Virus record (IMG/VR): IMGVR_UViG_3300012953_000015
Span: 1 to 64,000 of that record
Strand: one strand, 5' to 3'
Source of the DNA: a virus
DNA: 64,000 bases
Positions 55,836 to 64,000 of the stretch are shown piece after piece (within the stretch, counting starts at the first letter, position 1; the number at the start of each line of letters is the position of its first letter). The notes under the pieces were generated by a model. That model saw only the letters and a list, made by a program, of their open reading frames with translations, did not search any database and was not told the origin of the DNA. Position numbers and translations under genes: made by a program.

Positions 55836-56190
55836 AGATATTAGAGCGCTAGGTCAAATTTTTAACCACACTTTTGGTTATTCAAGCGATTCTATCAAAG
55901 TAACTTCCAGTTTGCATGGAGATTCTTTAATTTTAAAATACGTGACAGTTTTGCAATTTGGAAGTGAGTCCTCAATGCAAGAGCAAATGCCAAGTCACGA
56001 AAAGGAAGCTAATAAAATTATAGATGATGCTTTAGCTAAGATGAAGAAAGAGTTTAAGGAAATGACAGAAAGGTCAATTTCTGTAAAAGAAGAAGATAGA
56101 GACACTAGTGTAGAACTCATAAGCACTTCTCCTTATGCTCCTAGAAAATTAGCTTATTTTAGAATGAATGCTCACTTCAAGGTAAGTTAA
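55822..56190 (+). CDS. Hypothetical protein upstream of terminase (122 aa)
   Basis: SD AGGAGG; TAATG-coupled to the terminase. Confidence 0.65.
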   Translation: MLKDEDIRALGQIFNHTFGYSSDSIKVTSSLHGDSLILKYVTVLQFGSESSMQEQMPSHEKEANKIIDDALAKMKKEFKEMTERSISVKEEDRDTSVELISTSPYAPRKLAYFRMNAHFKVS

Positions 56191-57794
56191 TGCCACCGTC
56201 AACCAAACAAAGGCAGGTTAAAGAAATTATCAAGTGCGGGAAAGATCCCGTACATTTCTTTAATAAATACTGTAAAATTCAGCATGCAACTCGAGGAACT
56301 TTATCTTTTAAAACTTATCCTTTTCAAGATGATTGCGTTAAAGAGTTTGTCGATCACAGGTTCAATGTTATCGTAAAAAGCCGTCAACTTGGTTTATCTA
56401 CGTTGGTTGCAGCTTATGCAGTTTGGTTGGCTATTTTCTACAAAGATAAAAATATTTTAGTAATTGCTACAAAACTTGCAGTTGCTCAAAACTTTATTAG
56501 AAAAGTAAAATTTGCGATAAGATCACTCCCGCCATGGCTATTGATGCCAGAGATAATTTCTAACAATAAACAATCTTTAGAATTTTCCAATGGGTCTATC
56601 ATAAAAGCTGTACCAACTTCGGAAGATGCAGGTCGTTCAGAAGCACTTTCTCTATTGATAGTAGACGAGGCAGCTTTCGTTAGAAACTTTGATGATCTAT
56701 GGATGGGTTTATATCCAACTCTATCAACTGGTGGTCGTGCAATAGTCCTTTCAACCCCGAATGGGGTTGGTGGTCAGTATTATGATATATACACTCAGGC
56801 AGAAAATGGCGATAATGACTTTAATGCAATAAAGCTGCCCTGGGATGTCCACCCTGAACGCGATGAAGATTGGTTTGATAAAGAAACCAAAAATATGACA
56901 AAGAGACAAATAGCTCAAGAGCTGTTATGTGACTTTCAAGCCTCAGGCGAAACTTTTCTAACTCAAAGAGAATTAGAAAAATTAATGATGTCTATAAGAA
57001 ACCCGATTGAACGATGGGGTCCGGGAAACAATGTTTGGGTTTGGAAGTATTCACAACCTGAAAATCGTTACGTTATAAGTGCGGATGTATCTAGGGGAGA
57101 TAGTAGCGATTTTTCTACTTTCCATGTTATCGATACTAACGAATCTGAAGTAGTTTGCGAATTTAGAGGAAAAGTGCCTCCAGATCAATTCGCTATTGTT
57201 TTAATGGAGGCTTCTAAGAGATATAACAAAGCAGTTATATGCCCAGAAAGTAATACTTACGGTTACGCTGTTTTAATGAAATTAAAAGAGCTTAAGTGCC
57301 AAGAAATATACTTTGAGAAAGAAAAAGATAGGATTTCTGCTTTGTATGGAGATGGTTCTATAGGCAAAGCTGGGTTTTCAACTCAAGGCCCTTCTAGATC
57401 TAAAATATTGACTAAATTGGAAGAAGTTGTAAGGAACGGCCAAATTAATGTGTATTCTTCAAGATTATACGAAGAGATGAAAACTTTTGTTTGGAAAGGT
57501 TCAAAGCCTCAAGCGATGAGAGGAAAACATGATGATTTAGTAATGTCTTTAGCTATAGGCCTTTGGTTATATGACACCTCTAATTTTCATTCAAAATCTT
57601 CTTCTGACTTAAACAAAGCGATGCTAGCTGGTTTTGGAACTAGCTCTAATTCATTCCAAGGATCAGTAGGTTCTTCTTTTGGGGCGGCTGAATATTTGAA
57701 AAGCGTAATAGATTCTAATAGGATTATTCCTTATGACGCTGTAGCTAACCATTTTTCTGGAAGTATTGATCCAGAATTTAAGTGGTTAATTTGA
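56190..57794 (+). CDS. terL: Terminase large subunit (T4 gp17-like)
   Basis: YPFQ adenine-binding motif, Walker A KSRQLGLST, Walker B LLIVDEAAF, coupling motif LSTPNG, and nuclease motifs SADVSRG and HDDLVMSLAI. Confidence 0.96.
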   Translation: MPPSTKQRQVKEIIKCGKDPVHFFNKYCKIQHATRGTLSFKTYPFQDDCVKEFVDHRFNVIVKSRQLGLSTLVAAYAVWLAIFYKDKNILVIATKLAVAQNFIRKVKFAIRSLPPWLLMPEIISNNKQSLEFSNGSIIKAVPTSEDAGRSEALSLLIVDEAAFVRNFDDLWMGLYPTLSTGGRAIVLSTPNGVGGQYYDIYTQAENGDNDFNAIKLPWDVHPERDEDWFDKETKNMTKRQIAQELLCDFQASGETFLTQRELEKLMMSIRNPIERWGPGNNVWVWKYSQPENRYVISADVSRGDSSDFSTFHVIDTNESEVVCEFRGKVPPDQFAIVLMEASKRYNKAVICPESNTYGYAVLMKLKELKCQEIYFEKEKDRISALYGDGSIGKAGFSTQGPSRSKILTKLEEVVRNGQINVYSSRLYEEMKTFVWKGSKPQAMRGKHDDLVMSLAIGLWLYDTSNFHSKSSSDLNKAMLAGFGTSSNSFQGSVGSSFGAAEYLKSVIDSNRIIPYDAVANHFSGSIDPEFKWLI

Positions 57795-57839
57795 TTTTAA
57801 TATATAATATAATGCGATATTATATTTCGAGTAGGTAAA

Positions 57840-59810
57840 ATGGCAGATAAAGATAAAAATTTATTCAAAAGGTTAACTAGACTTTTTCGTACAGGTCCAG
57901 TTGTTAAGAGGAAAGTTACTAACGACCGCGGAGTACACAAAAAATCTACAGCTGCTGAGCTTTTTAAAACAGCCCACAGCGATATCTATAATTCTACTTT
58001 AAGTGCTTATGGTGCTTTTGATAGAATGGCCAGGTATAGTGACTTTAGTGAAATGGAAGCGACACCAGAATTAGCTTCGGCTTTAGATATATACTCAGAA
58101 GAAACAGTTTCTCCCGATGAACATGGGAGAGTTCTTCATATATATTCAGATGATCAGCAAAAACAAGAGCTTCTTAATAATTTATTTCATGATGTTTTAA
58201 ATGTAGAATTTAACCTTGTTATGTGGGTAAGAAATCTAGTGAAATACGGAGATTTTTTCCTTTTTAATGATATTCATCCTGATTACGGCATTATTAATGC
58301 TTATCCAATTCCAATTACTGAAATTGAGAGAGAAGAAGGATTTGATCCTGACAATCCATCAGCTATAAGGTTTAGGTGGATTACAAAAGGCAATACTATT
58401 CTAGAGAATTGGCAAATATCTCATTTTAGACTACTAGGAAATGATGCTTTCTTACCATACGGTACTTCTGTTCTAGAATCTGCTCGTCGCATTTGGCGTC
58501 AACTAATCTTAATTGAAGATGCAATGCTAGTCTACAGGATTATTCGCGCACCCGAGAGACGAGTTTTCTACATTGACGTTGGTAATGTACCTCCCGAAGA
58601 TGTCTCAAATTACGTAGAGCAAGCTAAGTCTGCTTTAAAGAAAAGCATTGTCACTAGCGAAAAAACAGGTCGCCAAGATCTAAGGTATAATCCGATGGCC
58701 GTTGATGAAGATTATTACATCCCCGTCCGTGGAGGCGATAGCGGAACTAGGATAGATACTCTTGCTGGTGGAACTAACGCAACAGCTATAGAAGACGTTG
58801 AATATATTCAAAAGAAACTCTTCGCTGCTTTGAAGATTCCTAAAGCTTATTTGGGATATGATGAAGATATCGGTTCAAAAGCAACTTTAGCGCAAGAAGA
58901 TATTAGATTCAGTAGAACTATCCAAAGAATTCAGAAAACCGTAATATCTGAACTTAACAAATTAGCCATGATTCATTTGTATTCGCATGGGTATGATGTA
59001 GAAGATTTAGTAGATTTTGATCTTAGATTATCTAACCCATCATCTGTAGCCCAATTACAAAAACTAGAATTAATCAGCACTAGGTTTGATATTGCTGGTA
59101 AAGTTCCCGAAGGTATGCTGGACAAAACTTGGGTTAGAAAGAATGTTCTAGGGTTAACAGACTCTGATATTGAAGGAGTTCTAGAAGGGCTCAAGAAAGA
59201 TAAAGAAGATGATGCTGAGTTAGAGGCTGCCGGTGCAGAAGGCGGCGCCGGCGGTGATGATGATGCTGGAGGCGGAGACGACGAAGGCGGAGGCGGTTTA
59301 TTTGATGCTGATAATATAGAGAGTTCTCCTCTAATGGTTGATACTCCAATCGCCGCAGTTTCAGCATTTTCAGAATCTGATGAATCTGACACAGACGAAT
59401 CTGATTTATCTGAAGATGAAGATCTGATATTGTCTTTAGATGATGAAGATGCTCCAATAAAAGCACAGTCAAAAATGAAAAGCATTTGGGGTCAAGAGAT
59501 AAAATCACCGAAAAGTAAGAAAACTGCTGCTTCATCCGATATGCCTAACTTTGGAAATATGGTGATGAATAAGCGTAGCCAAGATTCTATGAGAAAACCC
59601 TACGGATCTCAAAAAATGAATTCTTTTGAAGCATTCGAAAAAGCAATAGATAAAAAAATCGATGCTTATGAAAATAAACCTGCTATGACTGGTGATATTT
59701 TAAACATTTTAAGAAATATCGATAATTCTAGATTACTTAATAATAAAAAGTCTATTTTGAGCGAGTTAAGAGACTCAAGTGAGCCGAACAAAGAAGACGG
59801 CTCGAGTTAA
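57840..59810 (+). CDS. gp20: Portal protein (T4 gp20-like) with a long acidic C-terminal extension
   Basis: LIEDAMLVYRIIRAPERRVFYIDVGNVP, EDYYIPVRGGDSGTRIDTLAGG and IEDVEYIQKKLFAALKIP are gp20-family hallmarks; directly after terL. Confidence 0.95.
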   Translation: MADKDKNLFKRLTRLFRTGPVVKRKVTNDRGVHKKSTAAELFKTAHSDIYNSTLSAYGAFDRMARYSDFSEMEATPELASALDIYSEETVSPDEHGRVLHIYSDDQQKQELLNNLFHDVLNVEFNLVMWVRNLVKYGDFFLFNDIHPDYGIINAYPIPITEIEREEGFDPDNPSAIRFRWITKGNTILENWQISHFRLLGNDAFLPYGTSVLESARRIWRQLILIEDAMLVYRIIRAPERRVFYIDVGNVPPEDVSNYVEQAKSALKKSIVTSEKTGRQDLRYNPMAVDEDYYIPVRGGDSGTRIDTLAGGTNATAIEDVEYIQKKLFAALKIPKAYLGYDEDIGSKATLAQEDIRFSRTIQRIQKTVISELNKLAMIHLYSHGYDVEDLVDFDLRLSNPSSVAQLQKLELISTRFDIAGKVPEGMLDKTWVRKNVLGLTDSDIEGVLEGLKKDKEDDAELEAAGAEGGAGGDDDAGGGDDEGGGGLFDADNIESSPLMVDTPIAAVSAFSESDESDTDESDLSEDEDLILSLDDEDAPIKAQSKMKSIWGQEIKSPKSKKTAASSDMPNFGNMVMNKRSQDSMRKPYGSQKMNSFEAFEKAIDKKIDAYENKPAMTGDILNILRNIDNSRLLNNKKSILSELRDSSEPNKEDGSS

Positions 59811-59829
59811 ATTTGACGAAGGAAGATAA

Positions 59830-60663
59830 ATGAATAAAAGCCATAATAAGAAGAGAAACGTTGGAATAATCTTTGAGCAATTAGTGAGATATGCTAGTAA
59901 AGCAATAGTTGAAAATAACGAAGATGTTGCAAATAAAGTTCTTAAGATTACAAATAAGTTTTTTAGAGAAGGAACCGAATTATATAAAGAGTATAGACTT
60001 TTTAATGCTCTTTACAATACAACACTTCCTTCAGAAAGCTTAGCAACTAGAATAATTTCTGAAGCTAAAAACGCTGCTAGAAATTTTGATCAAAAAAAGT
60101 TGTACAAAGAAAAATCTTCTTTGATTCACGAAATAAATTACTCTTTTGACGATCCGAGTTTTTACAACCAAAGAGTTACTAGCTACAAATCACTAGCAAC
60201 AATTCAGAGGTTATTAAATAGTTGGAGATCAGATGGCATAGATGTAGACAGTCAAGCTATTTATGAATCTAAACTTCACAATTGGTTAATGTCTGAAAAG
60301 AAAACTGTTAATTTGCAAGAGATGAAAACGCAAGACGTTGATAATCTTGCCGTTGGTATTATGACAAGAAAATTCAATGAATATTTTGGAGATAACCTTT
60401 TACCAGAGCAATCTACTTTATTGAAAGAATATATTTTCTCTATAGGTAAAGAAGAAAAGATAACTGAAATTTTTGCAAAAAGAAAAGAAACTTGCCTCGA
60501 TGAACTATCGAATTATAATGTTTCTTGTGAAAGTGGCATAGTCAAAGAAAAGATTGCTTTAGTAGAAGAAAAAATTAGAGATTTACCAACCTCTGACATA
60601 AACGATGATGTTGTTTCTAGATATTTAACTTTAATGAAACTAAGCAATGAGCTAAGGAGTTAA
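59830..60663 (+). CDS. Hypothetical head-module protein between portal and protease (277 aa)
   Basis: Starts SHNKKRNVGIIFEQLVR; helical composition; position in the head assembly operon. Confidence 0.6.
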   Translation: MNKSHNKKRNVGIIFEQLVRYASKAIVENNEDVANKVLKITNKFFREGTELYKEYRLFNALYNTTLPSESLATRIISEAKNAARNFDQKKLYKEKSSLIHEINYSFDDPSFYNQRVTSYKSLATIQRLLNSWRSDGIDVDSQAIYESKLHNWLMSEKKTVNLQEMKTQDVDNLAVGIMTRKFNEYFGDNLLPEQSTLLKEYIFSIGKEEKITEIFAKRKETCLDELSNYNVSCESGIVKEKIALVEEKIRDLPTSDINDDVVSRYLTLMKLSNELRS

Positions 60664-60664
60664 T

Positions 60665-61273
60665 ATGAGCAGGAAACTATTAACAAACTGGTCACAGTTT
60701 GAATATTCAAAGGAAATGGTAAATGAGTCTCGCCTAGAGAATGATGGTAAGGTGTTATTAAAGGGAATACTTCAAAAAGCAGGTACTTTGAACCAGAATG
60801 GGAGAATCTACCCTAAACCTATATTAGACAGAGAGGTTAGAAATTACCAAAAGTTTATTCAAGAAAACAGAGCTTTAGGAGAATGCGACCATCCGGATAG
60901 TTCTGTCGTTGAACTTAAGAACGCTTCTCATATTATTAGAGAAGCTCATATGGAGGGTGATGTCTGTTACGGAACGGTTGAACTGTTAGATACTCCAGCG
61001 GGTAAAATACTGCAAAGTCTAGTAGAATCAGGCGTAACGTTAGGTATTTCTAGTCGTGGAGTAGGATCAACAAAGAAAAAAGGAGAGCATCAAATTGTTC
61101 AAGATGATTTCCAATTGATATGTTGGGATTTTGTCTCTGAACCTTCTACACCAGGAGCTTTTATGATGAATGAAGGAAAAGATATACAAGAATCAGAAAT
61201 TAATTCATTCTTTAACAAATCTGATCGTATTGATAGAGTTTTTAACGATATCTTGTCCTGGGAGGAAGAATAA
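60665..61273 (+). CDS. gp21: Prohead core protein protease (T4 gp21-like)
   Basis: NQNGRIYP, ALGECDHP (His), NASH, LLDTPAGKI, GISSRGVGS (Ser) and WDFVSEPSTPGA (Asp); SD AGGAG. Confidence 0.93.
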   Translation: MSRKLLTNWSQFEYSKEMVNESRLENDGKVLLKGILQKAGTLNQNGRIYPKPILDREVRNYQKFIQENRALGECDHPDSSVVELKNASHIIREAHMEGDVCYGTVELLDTPAGKILQSLVESGVTLGISSRGVGSTKKKGEHQIVQDDFQLICWDFVSEPSTPGAFMMNEGKDIQESEINSFFNKSDRIDRVFNDILSWEEE

Positions 61274-61710
61274 TGCCATTAGATAACCCAAGGTCCGGCG
61301 GCCCAAATCACGTCGCAGAATATCAACTTAGTAGTATTCCTTATGCATTAAATGGTGCTGTTAGTGCAATTGATAACGGTACAACTCTGACGGTAGCTAA
61401 CGATGCCGAGCAGAATCAAACAATTTATGTTGTAGAATTTCCAAGAGTTACTAGATGGATATATATCAGGGCAGCAGGCGCTGCAAAAATTTATTTTTCT
61501 TCTAAGACTGCAGCTAATAAAACTCGTGGACTTTCTTTAGCAGCAAACGAAACCACACCACGGCTTGAGATGAGAGTAAAAAAACTCTACATTCACAACG
61601 ATGATAATGCGGTTGTCCTTAATATCGTGGCTGGTTTAACGACGGTTGACGCTATTGAGTTTGAGGGTCACGTTGAACATTTTATCGATAATAATAATAA
61701 GGTTGGATAA
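61273..61710 (+). CDS. Hypothetical beta-rich protein, possible capsid decoration (145 aa)
   Basis: TAATG-coupled to the protease, SD GGAGG; alternating hydrophobic strands (YVVEFPRVTRWIYIR). Confidence 0.55.
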   Translation: MPLDNPRSGGPNHVAEYQLSSIPYALNGAVSAIDNGTTLTVANDAEQNQTIYVVEFPRVTRWIYIRAAGAAKIYFSSKTAANKTRGLSLAANETTPRLEMRVKKLYIHNDDNAVVLNIVAGLTTVDAIEFEGHVEHFIDNNNKVG

Positions 61711-61715
61711 CGCCA

Positions 61716-62117
61716 ATGGCTAAAGTGAGTAGAGCAGTTTTGAAGAATCTAGTTAAAGAGTGTCTTGTTGAGATTCTTAGTGAAGGACTAGTCGGGGCTA
61801 GTGAACAGATTCAAGAATCAAAAAGAGTGGCTGCTAAAAAGAAGCCACCGCAAAGAAAAAGAAAGACAGTCAAGAAAGATATTATCCCTGAAACTGTTAG
61901 GGGAGTCACCGATGATCCTTTAATGCAGAGCATTTTTGCTGACACTGCAAGAACAACTTTGCAAGAACAAACCCAAGCTGATCGAAGAAAAGCTCCAATG
62001 GATGCTCAAGCTCGAATGGCAGATGCCGCTGATCCTAACGATGTCTTTAGTGAAGCGGCTCAGAATTGGGAAGCTTTAGCATTTTCTGAAAAGAAACTGC
62101 CCGGGCAGCATAAATAA
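61716..62117 (+). CDS. Small hypothetical head-associated protein (133 aa)
   Basis: N-terminal amphipathic helix LKNLVKECLVEILSE; located in the head operon. Confidence 0.6.
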   Translation: MAKVSRAVLKNLVKECLVEILSEGLVGASEQIQESKRVAAKKKPPQRKRKTVKKDIIPETVRGVTDDPLMQSIFADTARTTLQEQTQADRRKAPMDAQARMADAADPNDVFSEAAQNWEALAFSEKKLPGQHK

Positions 62118-62146
62118 TAATATAAGCTATTTTATGGAGTCACGTC

Positions 62147-62422
62147 ATGAGAAAGTCACGTAAATCAATTAAGTTAACACCAGGAATTATCCGAAAGATT
62201 ATTGCTGAAGAAAAAGCAAAACTTGAAGAAACCTTAGAGCAAGGAAAAGAAGATTCAGAAAAAGTTGATGCTGAAGAGGTAGAAGCAGGTGAATATGCTG
62301 GTTCTTTAGAGAAAGATTTAGATCACCTAAAAGCCTTGAAAATATCTGAAGCTAAGATGATGAAAACTCTTCTAAAAATTCGTGGTAAGAAAAAGAACTT
62401 AATTAAGAAACTTTCAAAGTAA
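62147..62422 (+). CDS. Small hypothetical head-associated protein (91 aa)
   Basis: SD GGAG; IIRKIIAEEKAKLEE motif; acidic centre with basic ends. Confidence 0.6.
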   Translation: MRKSRKSIKLTPGIIRKIIAEEKAKLEETLEQGKEDSEKVDAEEVEAGEYAGSLEKDLDHLKALKISEAKMMKTLLKIRGKKKNLIKKLSK

Positions 62423-62441
62423 TATATTAAGGAGCAATTAA

Positions 62442-62915
62442 ATGCCTACACATAAACAGGGCGTAGTCCAAACTCGCGGAGAGCCAAGCGCTCGTTCTCT
62501 TGGAAAAAGAGACGATACAACTTTAAGGGAAGCTTTTTCCGGAAACCCTTTACTTGAACTTACTGATGACAGCGTCAGAGCTCATTTTGAAGAGCTTTGC
62601 TTGAATGGTTCAGTAAACGATGCTGGTCATACATTTGGTACTTTCAATAGAGATTATCCGGATGCACCTGATTTAAACGAAGTTGAGACCGGTGCTGCAG
62701 GTTTGCCGGCTAGTCCGTATGTACCTAACCCAGTATCTCCGGGAGAAGGTTCGGTCGATCCAAGTGACTTAGGAAATCCACCTGATAACTTCGGTAAGAC
62801 TCCTTCATCAACTCCATTTGTAGGGGTTGGAGCATTGGAGAATCCAAAAGCTAACTCTGAGAGGCAAGCACGCCATACCTTAGGTGATTATAAACTCGGC
62901 CAATCTAATAGTTGA
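62442..62915 (+). CDS. Pro/Gly-rich hypothetical protein (157 aa)
   Basis: SD AAGGAG; contains GLPASPYVPNPVSPGEGS. Confidence 0.6.
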   Translation: MPTHKQGVVQTRGEPSARSLGKRDDTTLREAFSGNPLLELTDDSVRAHFEELCLNGSVNDAGHTFGTFNRDYPDAPDLNEVETGAAGLPASPYVPNPVSPGEGSVDPSDLGNPPDNFGKTPSSTPFVGVGALENPKANSERQARHTLGDYKLGQSNS

Positions 62916-62921
62916 ACATAA

Positions 62922-63470
62922 ATGACCGGTCCAGTATCAATACGTAACCAGCCTCCGGGCGCAGTTCCAAATTCTAGAGCTGGACTTGGTTATGGTCAAC
63001 TTGAACCTAGACATCATCTTTCTCGTCAAAGTCAAGGATCTTATCCATACGATGATGATGACGAGCACGATGATGTTGATATATCGGATATAGATATAGA
63101 AACTCAAAAAAAATTAAGAAAAGTTATAAATGGATATCTTGCTAACGATTTTCTTGATGTCAAAGGCACCGATCCGTTTTATTATGCAGCTGGAAACACT
63201 AAGCTTGGAGAAGCAGTTGGTTCTTCTATTAGTCCTATGCCAGGGATGTACAAGAAAAGAATTCAAGTTGGTGGAGGAGCAAATGCTCCAAAAGCAATTA
63301 CACCTGGCAGTTTACAGCAGACAGGCAGTACGATAGGATATAGCCATCCGCATAAAGATATCAATCAAGATATAAATGTGTTACAGCTAGATTCAGAAAA
63401 TGAACTAGATGAGCTCCCAATTATGAGGGTGCGGATGTTGATAAGAAAGATTTTAGAAAAAGAAAGTTAA
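62922..63470 (+). CDS. Hypothetical, largely low-structure protein (182 aa)
   Basis: Closely follows the upstream gene; ends in VRMLIRKILEKES. Confidence 0.6.
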   Translation: MTGPVSIRNQPPGAVPNSRAGLGYGQLEPRHHLSRQSQGSYPYDDDDEHDDVDISDIDIETQKKLRKVINGYLANDFLDVKGTDPFYYAAGNTKLGEAVGSSISPMPGMYKKRIQVGGGANAPKAITPGSLQQTGSTIGYSHPHKDINQDINVLQLDSENELDELPIMRVRMLIRKILEKES

Positions 63471-63553
63471 TTTTTTTAAATAAAATAATTGAGAAATGGT
63501 AAGTTTTGTTTTTTTAGATGATATTTACCATTTAGTAGAACATAGGCGGTATT

Positions 63554-64000
63554 ATGTCAAATAATTTATATGCAGAAGCTATTGCCGAAGCTAAACAGCT
63601 AAGAGAGATGGCAGAGCAAAATGCAAAAAACAAAATAATAGAGGCAGTTACCCCAAGAATTAAGGCTCTTATAGAGGCTCAAATCATGGGCGAACAAGAT
63701 GAACCTTCGGATGATGACGTTACAGGCGTTGACATTGCGATGATGTCTGATGATACAGAAGCAGAAGAAGATTCTCTTGAGTTGCCTACTGATGAACTTA
63801 TACAACCTGATGAACTCGAAAGCGAGACGGAATCTGAAAATACGTCCGTGGTAGTTAATGCATCAGGCGATGTTAATATATCCGTTGCTGAAGGTCGTGG
63901 TGTAAATCACGGATTGAGCAAAAATACTCGTTCAACCACGCTGTCTGGCAAAGTAAATCTTACAGAAAATATAAATTCGGTAAGACGTCGGGCGAAAAGG
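63554..64000 (+). CDS. Probable prohead scaffolding/core protein, 3'-truncated and missing from the ORF track
   Basis: ATG at 63554, after AGGCGG, opens MSNNLYAEAIAEAKQLREMAEQNAKNKIIEAVTPRIKALIEAQIMGEQDEPSDDD... with no stop before the window end. A helical start, very acidic linker and position downstream of the protease fit a scaffold. Confidence 0.65.
   Translation, partial: MSNNLYAEAIAEAKQLREMAEQNAKNKIIEAVTPRIKALIEAQIMGEQDEPSDDDVTGVDIAMMSDDTEAEEDSLELPTDELIQPDELESETESENTSVVVNASGDVNISVAEGRGVNHGLSKNTRSTTLSGKVNLTENINSVRRRAKR

Noticed and set aside
56190-61273. Inteins or introns in terminase, portal or protease
   Set aside because: The core motifs are contiguous with normal spacing, and I saw no splice-junction or homing-endonuclease motifs.
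62138-62161. AGTCACGT direct repeat flanking the 62147 start codon
   Set aside because: Only two 8-mers, one overlapping the SD and one coding; no other copies noticed.
1-64000. Stop-codon reassignment, as seen in some large phages
   Set aside because: The standard code already gives near-complete coding density, and TAA, TAG and TGA all terminate genes.

Overview
This 64-kb, AT-rich window is part of a large (probably jumbo) tailed dsDNA phage genome with a T4-like head module. It uses the standard genetic code, and many genes have GGAG/AGGA Shine-Dalgarno sites. All ~28 real genes are on the + strand, densely packed and often translationally coupled. Bases 1-50.9 kb encode tail, baseplate and fibre-like structural proteins, including giants of 3611, 2169 and 4423 aa with LamG-like, FN3-like and fibre repeats. 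Bases 50.9-55.6 kb encode a RuvC-like resolvase, a DNA primase and a single-chain SbcD-SbcC (Mre11-Rad50, gp47-gp46) fusion. Bases 56.2-64 kb encode the large terminase, portal, prohead protease, several small head-associated proteins and the start of a probable scaffold. I saw no tRNA, rRNA, CRISPR array, integrase or mobile element. The most intriguing signals are: (i) a hydrophobic-[S/T]-G-S motif enriched in a subset of structural proteins and nearly absent from others, a candidate modification sequon; (ii) an apparent stand-alone unit of promoter, small DUF5659-like gene, U-rich leader, codon-biased fibre gene and terminator; (iii) a shared ATA(A/T)TTA candidate late promoter; (iv) modules reused across the structural genes; (v) a 4423-aa orphan protein. 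Annotations come from motif recognition by eye and counts were made by hand; no database searches were run.
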